A program made the translations under genes and the position numbers. A stretch of DNA of 64,000 bases from sequence record PP885733.1. The stretch is one strand, 5' to 3'. The first letter of the stretch is position 1. Each line of letters opens with the position of its first letter. Positions 59,461 through 64,000 of this stretch are shown here, in pieces. The notes beneath the pieces are model-generated. The model was not told the origin of the DNA, made no database searches, and worked only from the letters and a program-made list of their open reading frames with translations.

Positions 59461-59491
59461 CCTCTACCCCTCCTCACGGAGTGGGTAGAGG
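59461..59491. terminator. TACC/GGTA-family hairpin, bidirectional
   Basis: CCTCTACCCCTCC-TCAC-GGAGTGGGTAGAGG; core nearly identical to the 6905 copy. Confidence 0.8.
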
Positions 59492-59504
59492 TTATGCTTC
59501 GATC

Positions 59505-59960
59505 TTATTTTTTAATAGAAATGACAGGCTTACTTGTATCGGCACTAATTGCATCAATAACAGAGGTAATGTTTCCAGTTAAATGGTCCACGACCTGATT
59601 CAGACTATTAATCTGATCGTTACTTGCATCGAGTTCCTTGGTGGTGGCAATGAGTAGCTTACGGGTCTTGATATAACACTGATCTTTCAACTCACCTTCC
59701 ATAGTGGTACAGTTGTTATTAGCAAGGAAGAAGTCAAGCTTCTTCAGGTTCGCTTCTCTGATCTTCCAGTCTTTGTTATAAACAATGATCGGAATATCAA
59801 TGAGGCTGTCCTTTAGGCTGGCTACTTGGCTTTTCGCCAGTTCCAACTTTGCCAGCTCCGTCTTCATTTCCACGTACGTCCCGCCCACCGTCACCTTCGG
59901 TTGGGAATTGCACGCCGTTAGTACCATAGAGATCATCAAGGCTGGTATAACCCATTTCAT
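59505..59960 (-). CDS. Rz1: outer-membrane lipoprotein spanin (o-spanin)
   Basis: MKWVIPALMISMVLTA-C lipobox (Cys codon at 59912-59910) followed by a coiled coil; starts inside the i-spanin in another frame (alternative starts at 59990/59993). Confidence 0.75.
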   Translation of the reverse strand: MKWVIPALMISMVLTACNSQPKVTVGGTYVEMKTELAKLELAKSQVASLKDSLIDIPIIVYNKDWKIREANLKKLDFFLANNNCTTMEGELKDQCYIKTRKLLIATTKELDASNDQINSLNQVVDHLTGNITSVIDAISADTSKPVISIKK

Positions 59961-60252
59961 CCCCGATACCATACTTTTTATAAACGTCATCATAACCTTT
60001 GTTTCTCTGTTGCTGGGATAGGATAACAGAACTGTTGAGTTTATTGGTGAACTCCTGCTGAGCCTTAGCAAGGTTCGTCATCGATTCAGTTGCTACACTG
60101 AACTTATCAACAGCGTCTGTCAGTTTGTTGATAGTTTCCCTGTTGAGGTTGTCATTTGGTTTGAAGCAGATCCAAACAACCACAGCAAAGGCTACGATCC
60201 AGATGGCAATAGCCTGACTTGCCATTAAGATGTTTCTCACCTTCTCGCTCAT
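59797..60252 (-). CDS. Rz: inner-membrane spanin (i-spanin)
   Basis: Single N-terminal TM (AIAIWIVAFAVVVWICF), then a periplasmic coiled coil; 3' end overlaps the lipoprotein gene. Confidence 0.75.
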   Translation of the reverse strand: MSEKVRNILMASQAIAIWIVAFAVVVWICFKPNDNLNRETINKLTDAVDKFSVATESMTNLAKAQQEFTNKLNSSVILSQQQRNKGYDDVYKKYGIGDEMGYTSLDDLYGTNGVQFPTEGDGGRDVRGNEDGAGKVGTGEKPSSQPKGQPH

Positions 60253-61484
60253 AACGCTTTCCTAAGTTCGATGCCGTGAATCTGCAACTGATACCCTTTC
60301 TGCAAATGGCCAGGATCACCCTGGTTAATGGCGTCATTGAAGACGACATTACCATCAGTGGTACCGGTTGTCATCTGCGGATATTTGTTGTAGACGCGCA
60401 CATCATGATTTAACAAACGCTGCTTGATCCCATAACTTCTTTGATATGGAACAGGCAGCATACCACTTTCCAGCAAGAGAGGGTGTTGGAACCGGTTCTC
60501 TGTATGGAAAGCATTTGGGAAACGGAACGTGGTCAAAGGAGTCACGTCAATTCCCAAACTCGGGTTATCTATAAGAACGATGAAACTGTTCTGCATGAGC
60601 AGAGCTTCTTTCTTATAGGTATCAAACTTAGTCAGGTTGGTTAGCTTTGGAGTACGAACATATTTACCGTATTGAAGGTGATGGCGAGTCACGTCAAACG
60701 CAGCCAAATTAAATATAAGGCGATCGTCAGCAACACGGTAGATAATCTCCGGGTCTACTAACAGCTGGCCGTTAACAACCAACCAGATCGTCTTACCTTC
60801 CATATTAATACGTTCACCAGGTTGATATTCCCAGTGCTTGACTGTCCCTGCTGTTACTTCAGCAAGCTTACTTTCTTCAATAGGGATGGTCTGAACTTTA
60901 CCCAGTTTCTGGAAGTTCATTGCACCGAGACGAACGTCTTCACGATGTTCGATGTAATCTTTACCTGCTCCCAGCAGATAGATGCCGTCAGAACGACCAA
61001 CAGAACGAACCACCGCACCATTATAAGTGAACAGGCAGAAGTCATTGATGTTGTTGTAGTCGATATTTTGATAACGATAATGAGCAATGCGAATATCAGG
61101 AGCGGCATCTGATGTTAGTGCTTCCTGTCTATCTTTTGCGAGGTTTAGGTCAGCCGGATAATGGAAATAGCCGTAGGTGAAAATTCGTTCGAGTTTCACG
61201 TAACGGTATTTGTCACCCGGATAAATGTCGGATAACTTAAGGTTATTTCCATTCTGACTGGTTAACCATTGATCAATAGTCATGCCGGGATTTTGAGCAA
61301 ACTCTAATTTATAATCTTCGAGTTTGATTGCAACGTCGGCTTTGTAGAGATCATCCCGAACAGCAATGTAAAGGATATCAAACAACTGCTCGAAGTCTGC
61401 AACACTAACGCCCTTTAGATCCACAGTGTGGTATCCAGGTCGATAGTTCTTATATCTCCCCACCGCATACTTATAAGTGTACAT
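60249..61484 (-). CDS. virion structural protein (411 aa)
   Basis: Long ORF coupled by ATGA to the i-spanin; CLFTYNGAVVRS..GIYLLGAG motif. Confidence 0.6.
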   Translation of the reverse strand: MYTYKYAVGRYKNYRPGYHTVDLKGVSVADFEQLFDILYIAVRDDLYKADVAIKLEDYKLEFAQNPGMTIDQWLTSQNGNNLKLSDIYPGDKYRYVKLERIFTYGYFHYPADLNLAKDRQEALTSDAAPDIRIAHYRYQNIDYNNINDFCLFTYNGAVVRSVGRSDGIYLLGAGKDYIEHREDVRLGAMNFQKLGKVQTIPIEESKLAEVTAGTVKHWEYQPGERINMEGKTIWLVVNGQLLVDPEIIYRVADDRLIFNLAAFDVTRHHLQYGKYVRTPKLTNLTKFDTYKKEALLMQNSFIVLIDNPSLGIDVTPLTTFRFPNAFHTENRFQHPLLLESGMLPVPYQRSYGIKQRLLNHDVRVYNKYPQMTTGTTDGNVVFNDAINQGDPGHLQKGYQLQIHGIELRKAL

Positions 61485-61514
61485 ATCGAAACCTTATTCA
61501 GAGGAATAGAACTG

Positions 61515-62276
61515 ATGTCAAAAGATTCAAGGTTAGCTGTGGCCGCTAAGATTACCTATCCCTGGAACCCCTTCCAGGATTTGGTAAGCAACCGTGTTAC
61601 AGATGAACCAGCTCACGTAAGTGGTACTGGTAACCTCATCATCGTTCCACGTAACGGTCCTTTCTTTACCCGTAACTTTAAGATCAAACTTAAAGCAACC
61701 GGGCGTGAGTTGTCAATGGCAGCAGGGGAGTATTCCTTTGTTCACCCATTCGGCGCTTTCATTGCTAACTATAACCGTTTAGTTTACGGTGCGTTAGTAA
61801 TCAAGGGTGTATCTACCCCAACAGATTATATCATTGAGTACGATACCATTGGTGGTAATTTCGTACTGGACGACATAGCTTATGCTCAGGCAGTAGCAAA
61901 TGCCCTCACTGCACCACGTACAATTGATTGGTCTGAATTGACCAACCTGCCAGATGTATGGCCACCAGATCCGCACGAACATCCAGCGTCTGACACCATG
62001 AACTATGGTGATATGATTACCTGGCTGCAGTCTTACCTGGATGCCATTACGGACACCAACAGTTCTGTTACCTGGAAGCAACAGTTTGAAGAACACCTCA
62101 AAGCTGATCTCCAGCAAGCTCACAAAGCAGCGCCTAAAGATATCGGGTTTAACAACCTGAAGGACTGGCCAATGTGTGAAGCGAAAGATCTGACTGGCTC
62201 AAGTACGGAAGTGCTTATGAACGTTTGGGGTGTTAAAGAACTCATTCGTTCCTTCTCTCGTGGTGAATGGCGTTAA
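61515..62276 (+). CDS. baseplate/tail-fibre attachment protein (phiKZ gp130-like)
   Basis: GAGGA SD; IIVPRNGPFF..IDWSELTNLPDVWPPDPHEH domain shared with the next ORF. Confidence 0.6.
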   Translation: MSKDSRLAVAAKITYPWNPFQDLVSNRVTDEPAHVSGTGNLIIVPRNGPFFTRNFKIKLKATGRELSMAAGEYSFVHPFGAFIANYNRLVYGALVIKGVSTPTDYIIEYDTIGGNFVLDDIAYAQAVANALTAPRTIDWSELTNLPDVWPPDPHEHPASDTMNYGDMITWLQSYLDAITDTNSSVTWKQQFEEHLKADLQQAHKAAPKDIGFNNLKDWPMCEAKDLTGSSTEVLMNVWGVKELIRSFSRGEWR

Positions 62277-62285
62277 CATCTAACC

Positions 62286-62313
62286 TTAACTGGAACTTCC
62301 GGGTTCCAGTTAA
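62286..62313 (+). terminator. perfect 11-bp hairpin followed by TATATG
   Basis: TTAACTGGAAC-TTCCGG-GTTCCAGTTAA. Confidence 0.6.
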
Positions 62314-62333
62314 GTATATGAAAGGTTTATTCA

Positions 62334-64000
62334 ATGATCAAACAAGACATCCCTCTTTACAAGTTAGACCTCACAGGAACTAGTGAGTTTAACCATGTCA
62401 AGAAACAGTACGGCTCTCGTAAAGATGTCGCTCAAAGTCAGATCGTGATTCCGCCATTTGGTCCGTTTTATCAGAAGTCATTTAAGCTGACTGATGTGTC
62501 GGGTAAACCTCTGGTATTGGGCGAAGACTACGAGTTCTACGGCATCATGAACAAACTGACAGCTTACACCGCTAAGCCAGTTGGTCTGTTCGTCCGTATC
62601 TTGAAAGACGAGATTACGGAATGGATTTGGGATTATCAAGTAGTTGGTAACTTCAACAAGCTGACTAATGAAATCCTGAACATGCTTCACTCTATCTATG
62701 AAGATGACCGTTATGTCCTGTGGGAGAATATCGAGAACAAACCGTTGTGGTTTGATCCAGAAATTCACTTACACGACCTGACCTATGAAATCTTCGGCTT
62801 TACCGACCTGGCTCGAGAGCTGACCCGCGTTGCTCACATTCAGGGCACCCAGAAAGCAGCATCGGTATTGTTCCTTGAGAACTTCCGTGATCACATTGAG
62901 TTCTACTGTAACTCTTTCCGTGCATTACTGAAAGGTATCATCGACAACCACGCTAACCACAAATATGACCAACATGGTGTTCGTAAAGAGCACATCGGTC
63001 TGGGATTGGTGGATAACAACTTCACAGCGACCCTGGAAGAGACGTTAGAAGGTTTACGTGATGATCTATTCATTACTCCTTATAACGCAGCACTGGCGGT
63101 TACAGCGGCAGCTGGACGTAACGATAAGTTATACCCATCTGGTAAACTCCCACTGTTACGTTATGGTTCGGATACCTTTATTCCTCCAACCATTGCTGGT
63201 TCCTTTGAAGGGTTAGGTGGGCAATCTCGTAACCACTGTGCAGTAGTTGAGTCTGATGGCACGTTGCTGATTCTACAACACCGTAACAACGGTAAATATC
63301 GCGGTCTTTATTATGTCCGTTGTTCTAACTACCGTTCACAAGCTGCTGAGTACGAGTTTACTGCTTATCAGTACACTCACCCAACTGCAACCGCTCAAGG
63401 TGCAAACCTGGACGTTGTGATTAACGGTTCTAACCGTTACATCATGGTTGTGGGTGATTCTGTTAAGAACATGTGGTATTGGTGTGAGACTCATAACACC
63501 CTGAACCCTGACCGTCACATTCTCCATCGCATGACTGGCGAATGGGTTAACGAGATGGCGACATTACCTAAGTCCACATGGAACTCAGGTTGGAACAAAG
63601 CGTTGGTGATGGCAGATGACACCTATCGTGATTACTTCATGATTCTTCAGTCATACCAGATTGATGACTTTGTCAATAACCGTCGTCCTGCATGGGGCCC
63701 ATTCTCCAAATATCAACGTGGTGGTATCAACGTAAACAACGCAGGGTATTCTATCAACGTTATTCGTAACTTGAGCGATGCTCTACAGCGAGCTACTGTT
63801 GATTTTACACACCCGGTGTTCGGTAACAGTAACGATAAGTTCTTTACCCCGTGGTGGCCAGAGCTGGAAGATAACCCAGTTAATGGGTACAACATCAAGT
63901 CATTGTTCGCTCGGTATAATCCACCGATGCGTGAAATGTGGATGTTCCGTACTGTCCACGGTATGTGGCGTAAAAACCCAAGTGGGACCGATTACGGATT
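62334..64000 (+). CDS. tail fibre/baseplate protein (phiKZ gp131-like), partial, runs off the window
   Basis: ATG at 62334 with AAAGG SD; MIKQDIPLYKLDLTG..IVIPPFGPFYQKSF..VLWENIENKPLWFDPEIHLH; absent from the complete-ORF track, consistent with no stop before 64000. Confidence 0.65.
   Translation, partial: MIKQDIPLYKLDLTGTSEFNHVKKQYGSRKDVAQSQIVIPPFGPFYQKSFKLTDVSGKPLVLGEDYEFYGIMNKLTAYTAKPVGLFVRILKDEITEWIWDYQVVGNFNKLTNEILNMLHSIYEDDRYVLWENIENKPLWFDPEIHLHDLTYEIFGFTDLARELTRVAHIQGTQKAASVLFLENFRDHIEFYCNSFRALLKGIIDNHANHKYDQHGVRKEHIGLGLVDNNFTATLEETLEGLRDDLFITPYNAALAVTAAAGRNDKLYPSGKLPLLRYGSDTFIPPTIAGSFEGLGGQSRNHCAVVESDGTLLILQHRNNGKYRGLYYVRCSNYRSQAAEYEFTAYQYTHPTATAQGANLDVVINGSNRYIMVVGDSVKNMWYWCETHNTLNPDRHILHRMTGEWVNEMATLPKSTWNSGWNKALVMADDTYRDYFMILQSYQIDDFVNNRRPAWGPFSKYQRGGINVNNAGYSINVIRNLSDALQRATVDFTHPVFGNSNDKFFTPWWPELEDNPVNGYNIKSLFARYNPPMREMWMFRTVHGMWRKNPSGTDYG

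Noticed and set aside
6905-59491. Hairpin repeats as a CRISPR-like array or IS ends
   Set aside because: Copies are dispersed singly in intergenic gaps, with no regular spacers, no cas or transposase genes and no target-site duplications.
1-64000. tRNA, group I intron, intein or homing endonuclease insertions in RNAP/DNA polymerase/helicase genes
   Set aside because: No cloverleaf seen, no HNH/LAGLIDADG/GIY-YIG or intein-end motifs recognised, and the core genes read continuously; a tRNAscan/Infernal run would be needed to exclude them fully.

Overview
A 64-kb segment of a phiKZ-related jumbo myovirus genome (Chimalliviridae-like; codon usage suggests an enterobacterial host, and gene order resembles SPN3US/phiKZ). 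It contains pieces of the split multisubunit RNA polymerases (end of a beta subunit, a beta' C-terminal subunit, a second beta' C-terminal subunit and a beta N-terminal subunit), an SF2 helicase, the exonuclease half of a split family-B DNA polymerase, a DnaB-like helicase and RuvC. A large virion morphogenesis block encodes internal head proteins, baseplate and neck proteins, the major capsid protein, the probable portal and the start of a tail fibre. An overlapping i-/o-spanin pair faces a duplicated 4-TM membrane protein. No tRNA, CRISPR array, intron/intein or transposase was seen. Best unexplained signals: (1) a T-TTT-TTC slippery site predicted to fuse a 541-aa Cys-motif protein to the downstream -1 frame, resembling tail-assembly-chaperone G/GT frameshifting; (2) a sequence-conserved TACC..GGTA hairpin family that brackets paralogous gene cassettes and is often flanked by TATG rather than U-tracts; (3) a G-x-E maturation motif followed by a shared amphipathic helix in many head proteins; (4) a HEXXH membrane metallopeptidase-like head protein. 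phiKZ gene-number correspondences are from motif recognition and recalled synteny, not from a database search.
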